This document shows, in pieces, positions 17,254-26,186 of a DNA stretch of 32,000 nucleotides. This DNA comes from Nostoc sp. PCC 7120 = FACHB-418 (GTDB lineage: Bacteria > Cyanobacteriota > Cyanobacteriia > Cyanobacteriales > Nostocaceae), in the NCBI RefSeq assembly GCF_000009705.1, contig NC_003272.1:510001-542000 (forward strand), written 5' to 3'. A model generated the notes under the pieces. That model saw only the letters and a program-made list of their open reading frames with translations, was not told the origin of the DNA and ran no database searches. Position 1 is the stretch's first letter. Every line of letters begins with the position of its first letter. A program made the translations under genes and the position numbers.

Positions 17254-18816
17254 GTGCAAATGACAACTGAGACAACCCACCCCGTAGATTCACCATTATT
17301 GCTGCCACAGACCAAGAAAAAAGCCAAAATTAATTGGCTTTCTTGGCTGATTGTCTTGGGGATTGTGGGTGGTATCGGCTACGCGATTTATTATCAAATC
17401 ACAGTAGTTCCTCGTCAGCAAGCTAGAAGCAGGGTACTTACACAGGCCGTAGAAAGGCAGACTCTACCAATTACAGTTTCTGCAAATGGAACCGTTAAAC
17501 CTGAACGGTCAGTCAACCTCAGCCCGAAGAATTCTGGCATACTCAAACAACTGCTAGTGAAGGAAGGTGATGTTGTCAAACAAGGGCAAGTCTTAGCCTA
17601 CATGGATGATTCCAACTTGCGAGGACAACTGATCTCTGCACAGGGGCAGTTAGCACAAGCACAGGCAAACTTGCAAAAGGTACAAGCGGGGAATCGCCCT
17701 CAAGATATCGGACAATCTCAGGCTCAGTTAGATGAAGCATTGGCGAATTTACGCAAGCTAGAAGCAGGCAATAGGCCGCAGGATATTGCTCAAGCCCAAG
17801 CACGTTTAAAAAGCGCGCAAGCTAGCTTAACTCAAACAGAAGACGATTTACGCCGTAATCAGCAACTTTATAATGATGGGGCGATCGCTCTACAAGTGGT
17901 CAATCAAAAACGTACAGAACGGGACAGCGCTCAAGCCCAAGTCAATGAAGCCCAGCAAGCATTGGCTTTACAACAAGCCGGTTCACGCCAAGAAGACATC
18001 GAGCAAGCAAGGGCTACAGTCAGACAGAGACAGGAAGCTTTGGCGCTGCTAAAAGCGGGGAACCGCCGAGAAGATATTGACGCAGCTAGAGCGCAGGTAA
18101 CATCAGCTCGTGGTTCCCTACAAAATACCCAAGCTCAAATCAACGACACCGTACTTCGTGCGCCATTTGATGGTATTGTGACCCAAAAGTACGCTGATCC
18201 AGGTGCTTTCGTCACACCCACAACCTCAGGAAGTGCTGTTTCTTCCGCCACTTCTTCTTCAATTTTGGCGTTAGCTTCACGTAATGAAGTTGTAGCCAAT
18301 TTATCTGAATCGAATATTGCCAAAATTCGCTTAGGTCAAAAAGTTACAATTACCGCAGATGCCTATCCAGGTAGAACCTTTGAAGGTAAAGTTAGTCAGA
18401 TTGCTGCTCAAGCCACAGTAGAGCAGAATGTCACCAGTTTTCAAGTCAAAGTATCATTGACAGATCCGCAAAGATTATTGCGATCGGGGATGAATGTGTC
18501 AGCAGAATTCCAAGCTGGTCAATTAGATAATGCTTTAGTGGTACCCACAGCCGCAGTTGTGCGCCGGGAAAATGCCACAGGTGTTTTTGTTTCAGGAGCA
18601 AACAACCAACCAGTGTTTACTCCGATTAAAACTGGAGCAACTGTTAATAGTTTTACTGAAGTTAAATCTGGCTTGAAAGGTAACGAGAGAGTGCTGCTCA
18701 GTTTCCCTCCAGGAATGCGACCCCAATCAACACCAAGAGGAGGAGTTTTTCCAGGGGTAGGCGGTGGTGCTGGTGGTCGTTCTTCCGGTGGTCGTTCCCG
18801 TAATGCTGCGCCTTAA
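17254..18816 (+). CDS. Membrane-fusion (periplasmic adaptor) protein, HlyD/DevB family
   Basis: It has an N-terminal TM segment (WLSWLIVLGIVGGIGYAIYY), a biotinyl-lipoyl-like motif (GDVVKQGQVLAYMD), a coiled-coil with four AGNR(P/R)(Q/E)DI repeats, and LRAPFDGIVTQKY. The C-terminal tail is Gly/Arg-rich. The start could instead be the ATG at 17260. Confidence 0.9.
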   Translation: MQMTTETTHPVDSPLLLPQTKKKAKINWLSWLIVLGIVGGIGYAIYYQITVVPRQQARSRVLTQAVERQTLPITVSANGTVKPERSVNLSPKNSGILKQLLVKEGDVVKQGQVLAYMDDSNLRGQLISAQGQLAQAQANLQKVQAGNRPQDIGQSQAQLDEALANLRKLEAGNRPQDIAQAQARLKSAQASLTQTEDDLRRNQQLYNDGAIALQVVNQKRTERDSAQAQVNEAQQALALQQAGSRQEDIEQARATVRQRQEALALLKAGNRREDIDAARAQVTSARGSLQNTQAQINDTVLRAPFDGIVTQKYADPGAFVTPTTSGSAVSSATSSSILALASRNEVVANLSESNIAKIRLGQKVTITADAYPGRTFEGKVSQIAAQATVEQNVTSFQVKVSLTDPQRLLRSGMNVSAEFQAGQLDNALVVPTAAVVRRENATGVFVSGANNQPVFTPIKTGATVNSFTEVKSGLKGNERVLLSFPPGMRPQSTPRGGVFPGVGGGAGGRSSGGRSRNAAP

Positions 18817-18830
18817 GGCAATTCATGAGA

Positions 18831-18848
18831 GACGTTGTATACAACGTC
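18831..18848. other. Perfect 18-nt palindrome between the DevB-like and DevC-like genes
   Basis: The palindrome is gacgttgta|tacaacgtc, followed by STRR-like heptamers ccccagt ccccaat cgccaat cccca (18864-18889). Confidence 0.5.
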
Positions 18849-18892
18849 CGTAAATTATTCCTTCCCCAGTCCCCAATCGCCAATCCCCATTT

Positions 18893-20164
18893 ATGTTTAA
18901 GGGTTTTTATAAAAAAAATAATACTCGTACCGTTCCATTTTTAGAAATATTGTTAATGGCGGCTGAGACCCTGTGGAGTAATAAATTACGCACAGGGTTA
19001 ACTATGTTGGGTGTAATTATCGGTATTGCTTCAGTTATTGCTATCACTTCCGTAGGTCAGGGGGTGCAGAAGAGTGTGGAGCAGCAAATTCAAGCTTTGG
19101 GAACAGATGTTATACAAATTTTGGCGGGTGCGCCTAGAAGTGGCAATGTCCGACAGGGTTTAGGTTCTACCAGTACATTAACTTGGGAAGATGCAAAAGC
19201 GATCGCCCAACAAGCACCCTCAGCTGAGATTGTTTCTGCTTACCTCCAGCGCAACGCTCAAGTTGTTTATGGTGGGGAGAACACTTCTACCACAATTTAC
19301 GGCACAGATTTAAACTACCCAGAAGCGAGAAATACTCACCCCCAAGAAGGAAGATATTTTACTCAACAAGAATTGGATTCATCCGCACAAGTTGCAGTGA
19401 TTGGGCCGACAGTCCAGAGAACACTGTTTGGCCAGGGTGGTACACCCATAGGTGAGAAAATTCGTATTCAAGGAGAGGCTTATGATGTGATTGGAATTAC
19501 GGAACCAAAGGGTTCTCAAGGCCCGATGGATAGAGATGACCAAATATTTATTCCTCTGACAAGTATGTCAAAGCGGCTGGTGGGAAACAATGCCCTGACT
19601 GGCGTTTCGGTAAGTGGCATTTTAGTAAAATCTAGTAATCAGGAACAGTTAGAGGCGGCACAATTTCAAGTTACAAATATCTTACGTTTGCGTCATAATA
19701 TCTATCCGCCACAAGCCGATGATTTCCGCCTGACTAACCAAGCCGACATTGTGAGTACCTTCACAAACGTAGTGGGTTTATTTACGATTATGGTAGTGGC
19801 GATCGCCGGCATTTCCCTAGTTGTTGGTGGTATAGGCATTGCCAATATTATGCTAGTCTCCGTTGTGGAACGAACACGGGAAATCGGCATTCGTAAAGCC
19901 GTAGGAGCCACAAATTCAGCTATTCTTAATCAGTTTTTAGCCGAGGCGATCGTCATTTCTATTGTTGGCGGCGGCATAGGTATAGGCGGGGGAATTTTAA
20001 TTGCTTTTGCTTCTGCTACTATATTCAAATTTCCCTTTGTAATATCTATTATTTCCATTATTGTTGGCTTTGGACTCTCACTCACCGTTGGCTTAATTGC
20101 CGGAGTGATTCCCGCTAGAAATGCCTCTAAACTAGACCCTATTACTGCATTACGTAGTGATTAG
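18893..20164 (+). CDS. ABC exporter permease, MacB/DevC type (FtsX domain)
   Basis: The pattern is SNKLRTGLTMLGVIIGIASVIA, then a large periplasmic domain, then the FtsX C-terminus GGIGIANIMLVSVVERTREIGIRKAVGA and a terminal PARNASKLDPITALRSD. Confidence 0.9.
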   Translation: MFKGFYKKNNTRTVPFLEILLMAAETLWSNKLRTGLTMLGVIIGIASVIAITSVGQGVQKSVEQQIQALGTDVIQILAGAPRSGNVRQGLGSTSTLTWEDAKAIAQQAPSAEIVSAYLQRNAQVVYGGENTSTTIYGTDLNYPEARNTHPQEGRYFTQQELDSSAQVAVIGPTVQRTLFGQGGTPIGEKIRIQGEAYDVIGITEPKGSQGPMDRDDQIFIPLTSMSKRLVGNNALTGVSVSGILVKSSNQEQLEAAQFQVTNILRLRHNIYPPQADDFRLTNQADIVSTFTNVVGLFTIMVVAIAGISLVVGGIGIANIMLVSVVERTREIGIRKAVGATNSAILNQFLAEAIVISIVGGGIGIGGGILIAFASATIFKFPFVISIISIIVGFGLSLTVGLIAGVIPARNASKLDPITALRSD

Positions 20165-20306
20165 GAAACACCAAAAAATAAATTATCCCAAATTGACGGT
20201 TAGTAGCATCAGTATGAATAATTTGTGGTAAAGCTAAGTATCCTCGCACTGACGCACCCTACATTGTGGATATTTTTTATCTGGAAGCCCCTTAAAAATA
20301 AAATTA

Positions 20307-20996
20307 TTGAGTATTACTAATATGACAACAATGATTTGGATGGAATCTATTACTAAAACCTACCAATTAGGAGAAGTCAGCGTTCCTATACTTAAAGGTA
20401 TTCAACTTGGTATTGAAGAAGGAGAATATGTTTCGATTATGGGTGCGTCAGGTTCTGGTAAATCTACACTCATGAATATTATGGGATGTTTGGATCGTCC
20501 TAGTGCCGGACATTATATTTTTGAAGGTAGAAATCTAACTACTTATGATGATGATGAATTAGCCTATATACGCAATCAACGCATAGGTTTTGTATTTCAA
20601 CAGTTTAATTTACTATCACGGGCGACAGCTTTAGAAAATGTGATGCTACCGATGGTTTACGCTAACTTACCTAAACGCAAACGTCGTGAAAGAGCATTAG
20701 AAGCATTAAAAAAAGTAGGATTGGGAGAACGGATTCTCAATCGTCCCAGCCAACTTTCTGGGGGACAACAACAACGAGTGGCTATTGCTCGTGCTTTAGT
20801 AAATCGACCAGCTTTAGTTTTAGCTGATGAGCCTACAGGAGCTTTAGACACCGAAACATCTTATGAAGTGATGAGTTTATTGACTGAATTGAATCAACAA
20901 GGAATTACGATTGTCATTGTTACCCATGAACCAGATATTGCGGCTCAAACTAAAAGAGTAATTCGAGTTCAAGATGGTTTAATAGTATCAACATAA
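20307..20996 (+). CDS. ABC exporter ATP-binding protein, MacB/DevA type
   Basis: ABC motifs present are Walker [10 protein letters not shown], signature [14 protein letters not shown], Walker [12 protein letters not shown] and VTHE. The start is uncertain (TTG at 20307 or ATG at 20322). Confidence 0.93.
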   Translation: MSITNMTTMIWMESITKTYQLGEVSVPILKGIQLGIEEGEYVSIMGASGSGKSTLMNIMGCLDRPSAGHYIFEGRNLTTYDDDELAYIRNQRIGFVFQQFNLLSRATALENVMLPMVYANLPKRKRRERALEALKKVGLGERILNRPSQLSGGQQQRVAIARALVNRPALVLADEPTGALDTETSYEVMSLLTELNQQGITIVIVTHEPDIAAQTKRVIRVQDGLIVST

Positions 20997-21326
20997 TAAC
21001 GTTTTTATTTAGTTAGTTATTTGTGGAAATATATGTTATTAATTTTAACTTTTGTAGTGCGTATTCCCAGTGGATTTTCGTAGCGATCGCCATTCTTATC
21101 TCTAATTCTTTCATAGCCGCAAATACCCAAATATTTGCGCCATTACAAAATTCACGAAATAACCTGAGTTCGAGATAAGCTGAAAAGCTTATTCTCACCT
21201 TGACTAGAACACCTATGCTTTCGTGGAAAGAATAAGAAAATAGCCTTAACCCGAACTGACGTTATTTATGTACCTCACTTAACTGGAAATAGCTATATCG
21301 CTTTTATCTGTTTCCTAGCTAAATCA

Positions 21327-21428
21327 TTAACTAACCCCGTCATGTCTATTAGGGTCTTTCTTTTCCTTTTTTTTTCCAGGATCTTTTTTCGGTTTTTTAG
21401 TTTCTCTATTACCACTTTTTTTCGACAT
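21327..21428 (-). CDS. Possible Lys-rich micro-protein (33 aa)
   Basis: The ATG at 21428 is preceded by GGAGAG 7 nt upstream. The product is MSKKSGNRETKKPKKDPGKKKEKKDPNRHDGVS. It is below the ORF-track size cut-off and could be a low-complexity artefact. Confidence 0.3.
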   Translation of the reverse strand: MSKKSGNRETKKPKKDPGKKKEKKDPNRHDGVS

Positions 21429-21522
21429 AATTACTCTCCGATATGAGGATAGGTAAATTAACTACAATGCTGATAATTTCTGTTTGAAGCAAGATTCTTT
21501 TACCAAAGAATTTCTCTTCAAT

Positions 21523-21645
21523 CTACAAAATATTCCAAAAATGGAGAAAGCCTTGGCCGGAAAAGAATTCAATCGCAATGGCAGCCAAAAAGCCGATCAT
21601 TGCTAGACGACCGTTCCAGCTTTCAGATTGATGATTAAAGCCCAT
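21523..21645 (-). CDS. High-light-inducible protein (HLIP/Scp, one-helix CAB family), 40 aa
   Basis: The translation is [40 protein letters not shown]. It carries the diagnostic E-x-x-N-G-R-x-A-M-x-G-F chlorophyll-binding motif. It is too short for the ORF track, and a longer TTG-initiated N-terminus is possible. Confidence 0.78.
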   Translation of the reverse strand: MGFNHQSESWNGRLAMIGFLAAIAIEFFSGQGFLHFWNIL

Positions 21646-21735
21646 GAACCAAGCATTACGTTTACTGACAATCAATTGAGTACCTTTTGTAGTGTCCGAT
21701 ATAATTAATCTGTCAAAATTTTCAAGGTGACTGCC

Positions 21736-22221
21736 TTACTGCATAGCACCTATTAAATAATCAAAGTAAGTATCAACTTCTGCTCTATCTTCAACTGACA
21801 TCATGGACGTAGCAACATACTTCATGGCACGGATACTCTCAGCTACAGCCTCAATTGGAGTCCCCAGGGATCTATACATTTCGCGGACACCAATGACCCC
21901 AATCTCTTGAATTGGTGTAGAGTCACCAGCCACAATACTGTAAGTAATCAGGCGTAGGTAGTAATCCATATCCCGTAAGCAAGTTGCCGTCATGTCTTGA
22001 CCGTAGGCATTGCCGCCAGGCGAGACAATATCTGGACGTTTTTGAAATAGTTGATTTGCGGATTGCTTAACAATGCGTTCTCTGTTCTCAGTTAAAGCCT
22101 GAACGAGGCGGAGACGACTGGCCGCACTGGCGTTGAATCCTTTGATCTGTGCAAGCTCACCAGGTCTGAAATAGCGGGCTTCAGCATCTGCATTGAGAAT
22201 CGACTTTATAATCAGACTCAT
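21736..22221 (-). CDS. apcA: Allophycocyanin alpha-subunit paralog (ApcA-like), monocistronic with no apcB partner
   Basis: [27 protein letters not shown]...[34 protein letters not shown]...[16 protein letters not shown] is near-collinear with ApcA, including the chromophore Cys in TATCLRD. The true start is the ATG at 22221; the track's 19-aa extension is not phycobiliprotein-like. Confidence 0.9.
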   Translation of the reverse strand: MSLIIKSILNADAEARYFRPGELAQIKGFNASAASRLRLVQALTENRERIVKQSANQLFQKRPDIVSPGGNAYGQDMTATCLRDMDYYLRLITYSIVAGDSTPIQEIGVIGVREMYRSLGTPIEAVAESIRAMKYVATSMMSVEDRAEVDTYFDYLIGAMQ

Positions 22222-22805
22222 TATTATAGAATAGCCTTCAAAAAATAAGTTTACGTCTGCAAATCTGGGTTTTAACAATCCAGGTCTGCACTATCTATGT
22301 CAGAGTCATTTAAAGTCTGATCTGTCAAAACCTACTCTAGTAAAATCTGGTTTGATGAGGCTGATTTTTCCGAAGTCTGCCTACCTAAAATTTTTTCCCC
22401 GACTGCATATCGCTGTAAAACTTCGTTGGCATCCATACTGGTTGCCTCACTATGTGTAGCGTCGTCGCTGGTTTCCTCTTACCATTATAGGCTGAGATTC
22501 TTCTGCGTGCCATTAATCTAGCTAGTTGCCAACTTTGGATATTGCTTACTGAAGCTTTTACCCAGTAAACCGCAACTATGGATAGCTGGCAAAGATATTT
22601 GGCTATGGGAATTGTTTTAATACCTCAGTTCACCCATTTAGGTGAAGGCATACAACTGTACTCAGGACTAAGATTAGGGTAAAACAAGGAACCATATCAC
22701 TTATTTCACGTCCAAATACTGAATTTAAATAAATATTTACTTCTATATTTCTGAAACTCTTTATTTCTGACCACCCCCCGAAACAAGGTTAATAGGCCGC
22801 TACTT

Positions 22806-24275
22806 ATGACTGCGTACATAGAAGTTCCGATGATTGGTAAAGTTAAATATCCGGCGCGCTGGCTGGTGGGACTAGCAGCTATTGGTGTTTTAGTAGTTGG
22901 CTCGACCACAACCTACAAGATAGTCCAACAGGGAAATAGTAAGCAAGATGTAACGCAACTAACGGTTCCGGTAGAATCCAAGAATGTGACTATCAGAATT
23001 ACCGCCAGTGGTAAAGTTGTGCCGGTGCAGAGTGTGAATCTTAGCCCAAAAAACCCTGGTGTGCTGGCGCAGTTATATGTAGAACAAGGCGATCGCGTGG
23101 AGCAGGGACAGATCATTGCCCGGATGGATGTAGGTGAGATCGAAGCACAAATTGCTCAACATCGTGCCAATGTAGCCCAAGCCCAAGCCCAGTTAGATGA
23201 AGCTAGGGCGGGGAATCGTCCTCAAGAAATTGCTCAGTCTCAAGCGCGTCTAGCCCAAGCCCAAGCTCAATTAGCTGAGTCGGTGGCGGGGAATCGTCCC
23301 CAAGAAGTTGCTAAAGCCCAATCTCAAGTTGATGCAGCCCAAGCCAGGGTAAATTACACATCGGAACAGGTAAAACGTTATCAATATCTCTTTAACCAAG
23401 GGGCAGAGAGAAAACAATTATTTGATCAAGCCGTCAGTGAAGACAAAAGTGCTAGAGCTAATTTAGCAGAAGCACAAAAGCAATTATCCCTATTGCAAAG
23501 TGGGACGCGGAGTGAGGTGATCTCTGCAAAGGAAGCTGCTGTCACCGAAGCACGGGCAGCATTAGTACTTTCACAAGAAGGTAGCCGCCCCGAAGAAATT
23601 GCCCAACGTCAAGCAGCTGTGAAAGCAGCCCAAGCACAGCTAGCAGCCGCCCAAGTTAGATTAGCAGATACAATTATTCGCGCCCCCTTCTCTGGCATAG
23701 TGACTCAGAAGTACGCCAACGTGGGTGCTTTCGTCACTCCTACAACCTCCGCTTCCACTAGTGCTTCTGCAACTTCTAGTTCCATTGTGGCGTTAGCCAG
23801 GGGTGTAGAAATCTTGGCGCAGGTTCCAGAAGCTGACATTGGACGCATTAAACAAGGGCAACAAGTAGAAATTGTGGCAGATGCCTATCCTGACGAAGTT
23901 TTTCAAGGGCGTGTACGTTTAATTGCCCCGGAGGCGGTCATAGAACAGGGTGTGACATCCTTTCAAGTGCGGGTAGCTATTGATACGGGAGTAGATAAAC
24001 TACGGTCTGGCTTAAATGTAGATTTAACTTTCTTGGGCGATCGCGTCAATAATGCTCTGGTATTACCGACAGTTTCCATCGTCACGGAAGACGGGAAAAC
24101 AGGTGTCTTAGTACCAGATGGCCAAAATAAACCCCAGTTTCGAGAAGTGACCATTGGCGCACAAATCCAAGACCAAACTCAAGTTTTATCTGGCTTGAAA
24201 ACAGGCGATCGCGTGTTTGTTGACTTACCCCAAGATTACAGAATCCAACAGGCCAAAGAAAAAGCAAATCAATGA
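22806..24275 (+). CDS. Membrane-fusion protein, HlyD/DevB family (second copy)
   Basis: The architecture matches 17254..18816: a TM segment, GDRVEQGQIIARMD, AGNRPQE(I/V) repeats, and IRAPFSGIVTQKY. Confidence 0.9.
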   Translation: MTAYIEVPMIGKVKYPARWLVGLAAIGVLVVGSTTTYKIVQQGNSKQDVTQLTVPVESKNVTIRITASGKVVPVQSVNLSPKNPGVLAQLYVEQGDRVEQGQIIARMDVGEIEAQIAQHRANVAQAQAQLDEARAGNRPQEIAQSQARLAQAQAQLAESVAGNRPQEVAKAQSQVDAAQARVNYTSEQVKRYQYLFNQGAERKQLFDQAVSEDKSARANLAEAQKQLSLLQSGTRSEVISAKEAAVTEARAALVLSQEGSRPEEIAQRQAAVKAAQAQLAAAQVRLADTIIRAPFSGIVTQKYANVGAFVTPTTSASTSASATSSSIVALARGVEILAQVPEADIGRIKQGQQVEIVADAYPDEVFQGRVRLIAPEAVIEQGVTSFQVRVAIDTGVDKLRSGLNVDLTFLGDRVNNALVLPTVSIVTEDGKTGVLVPDGQNKPQFREVTIGAQIQDQTQVLSGLKTGDRVFVDLPQDYRIQQAKEKANQ

Positions 24276-25489
24276 ACTTCTTAGAAAGTATGCAAATGGC
24301 AGGGAAAACCCTGCTGTCCAATAAGCTGCGTAGCGCCCTAACTATGTTGGGCATTGTTATTGGTAATGCCTCAGTCATTGCCATGATTGGGATTGGGGAA
24401 GGAGGACAGAGGTTTGTTCAGCAACAGTTAGAGTCACTAGGCCCAAACGTGCTGTTTGTGATTCCAGGGAACCAAGCCACTCAACGCATCTCTAACGAAT
24501 TACCCAAAACTTTGGTATTAGCAGACGCAGAAGCGATCGCCACCCAAGTACCAACCATCGCCGCCGTGACGGTAGAGTTAAATAGTCGGCAAGTAGTCAC
24601 CTACAGTAACAGAAATACCAACGTCAATATTATTGGTACAAATCCCAACTTCTTAAGAGTGCGAGATTTTGATGTTGATAGAGGGCGATTTTTTACCGAT
24701 ATAGATATGAAACGCAGCAATCAAGTTGCGGTACTCGGTGCAAAATTAGCCGAAAGACTTTTTGGTAATACAAACCCAGTGGGGCAACAATTACGCATCA
24801 AAAATGCCAGCTTTCAAGTTATTGGTGTATTGGAAGCCAAAGGCTCAAATCTTGGTGTCGATTATGATGATGCGGCAATGGTACCAATCATTACCACAGC
24901 TAACCGGATTGTGGGGCGTACTTCTCCTTATGGATTAGAGGTAACCTTTATTGTCGCCTCAGCGAAAAATGCCGAGAGTGTAGACGCAGCAGTATTCCAA
25001 ATTACCAACTTGCTACGACAACGGCACAAAATCACCGATGAAGATGACTTCACCATCCGCACCCAAAAAGATGCCTTGCAGACAGTTGGACAAATCTCCA
25101 GTGCATTGACAATTATGTTAGCGGCGATCGCTGGTATATCATTGTTTGTTGGTGGCATTGGCATCATGAATATTATGCTTGTTTCCGTCACTGAGCGCAC
25201 CCAAGAAATTGGACTCCGCAAAGCCATTGGCGCGACAGAACAAGATATTTTATTGCAATTTATTATTGAATCTGTGATTGTGTCTGCCATTGGTGGCTTA
25301 GTGGGGACTGGTGTTGGTGTTGGTGGCATTATGTTAGTGGCAGCCTTAACACCCCTAGAAGCCGCCATTTCTCCTGTAGCCATTGCCACAGCCGTGGGTA
25401 TTTCTGGGGCGATCGGTTTATTTTTTGGCGTGGTTCCTGCCCGTCGTGCAGCTAAACTTGATCCTATTGTGGCTTTGAGAAGTGCTTAG
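24272..25489 (+). CDS. ABC exporter permease, MacB/DevC type (second copy)
   Basis: The start overlaps the stop of the upstream adaptor gene by 4 nt. Motifs are SNKLRSALTMLGIVIGNASVIA ... GGIGIMNIMLVSVTERTQEIGLRKAIGA ... PARRAAKLDPIVALRSA. Confidence 0.9.
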   Translation: MNFLESMQMAGKTLLSNKLRSALTMLGIVIGNASVIAMIGIGEGGQRFVQQQLESLGPNVLFVIPGNQATQRISNELPKTLVLADAEAIATQVPTIAAVTVELNSRQVVTYSNRNTNVNIIGTNPNFLRVRDFDVDRGRFFTDIDMKRSNQVAVLGAKLAERLFGNTNPVGQQLRIKNASFQVIGVLEAKGSNLGVDYDDAAMVPIITTANRIVGRTSPYGLEVTFIVASAKNAESVDAAVFQITNLLRQRHKITDEDDFTIRTQKDALQTVGQISSALTIMLAAIAGISLFVGGIGIMNIMLVSVTERTQEIGLRKAIGATEQDILLQFIIESVIVSAIGGLVGTGVGVGGIMLVAALTPLEAAISPVAIATAVGISGAIGLFFGVVPARRAAKLDPIVALRSA

Positions 25490-25527
25490 TATTGGATCAG
25501 TTAATCTACAGTTTTCGGCAATAAAAA

Positions 25528-25547
25528 ATGCCTGCATATGCAGACAT
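25528..25547 (+). terminator. Palindromic hairpin downstream of the second permease gene
   Basis: The stem is atgcctgcat|atgcagacat with one mismatch. It is flanked by aaaaa and tttat, so it may act in both directions. Confidence 0.45.
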
Positions 25548-25773
25548 TTATGAGGCTTTCTGTCACTGTAATCGGCTACAATCATGTTTGAATCATGATG
25601 CTTTTATTTTTGCTGATCCAAAATCATAAATCAATCCCACAAAATTATAATTTCAGACATAAATCACTGAATTATATCTTGAATTTTGCATTTTTATTAA
25701 CATACTATAAAACTAGTATTTGATTTCTGAAATATAAGTAGTGGGCAATGCCTAACACAACCATGATACGGTG

Positions 25774-25831
25774 GGCATTGCCCACCCTACAGATACTTAG
25801 ATCATTTCAATAATCAACTCGAATTCCTATA
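25774..25831. repeat. Dispersed intergenic repeat, copy B (paired with 16203-16256)
   Basis: The copy-B sequence is ggcattgcccaccctacagatacttagatcatttcaataatcaactcgaattcctatat. It is preceded by a 12-bp inverted partner gtgggcaatgcc at 25741-25752 that can pair with ggcattgcccac at 25774-25785. Confidence 0.6.
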
Positions 25832-26036
25832 TTAGATATGAATTCACTATATTCATTATGAAAGGGATATTTAGATATTTTTTCAGAAAGTTCAGATTAT
25901 ATGCTGTTTCTAAATAATTAAGAATACTCATTTTTTCTGGTTTTTGGTTAGACAAAAATGGGGTATTTACGTCTGCAAAATTTTATATTTCGCCCCAGAT
26001 TTTAAATTATAAAAGTAGAGGTGGTCAGGTTAATAG

Positions 26037-26065
26037 CCCCAGAAACTTCCCAGTTCTGGGGTTTT
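26037..26065 (+). terminator. Orphan intrinsic terminator on the plus strand with no annotated gene upstream
   Basis: A perfect 8-bp stem, ccccagaa / ttctgggg, with a 9-nt loop is followed by tttt. On the opposite strand no T tract follows the stem. Confidence 0.5.
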
Positions 26066-26186
26066 ACTTTATCCACAAAGACAAGTACTATCCTACCGAT
26101 TTAAAAACTAATAATGCTTGTGGGGGTCGGTAATGGGTAAAACAATTACCAATCACCCACCCTATAACTATATGTTAAAAATCACA

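Noticed and set aside
21013-21198. 61-aa minus-strand ORF downstream of the ATPase gene
   Set aside because: It has a GTG start, no ribosome-binding site and no recognisable motif, and it lies in an AT-rich spacer. It could be a gene remnant, but I cannot support that.
22248-22261. 14-nt identity tttacgtctgcaaa shared with 25967-25980
   Set aside because: A few chance 14-mer matches are expected in a 32-kb AT-biased window when both strands are considered. The flanks do not align.
22222-22278. 19-aa N-terminal extension of the ApcA-like protein
   Set aside because: Phycobiliprotein alpha subunits start at MS(I/L)(V/I)TKSI, and the ATG at 22221 reproduces this exactly.
24928-25389. 153-aa minus-strand ORF inside the second permease gene, and similar shadow ORFs at 19702-19911, 20657-20851, 22913-23116, 23963-24384, 29847-30185, 31425-31960
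   Set aside because: All lie antisense to or out of frame with well-supported CDSs. They have biased composition and no motifs.
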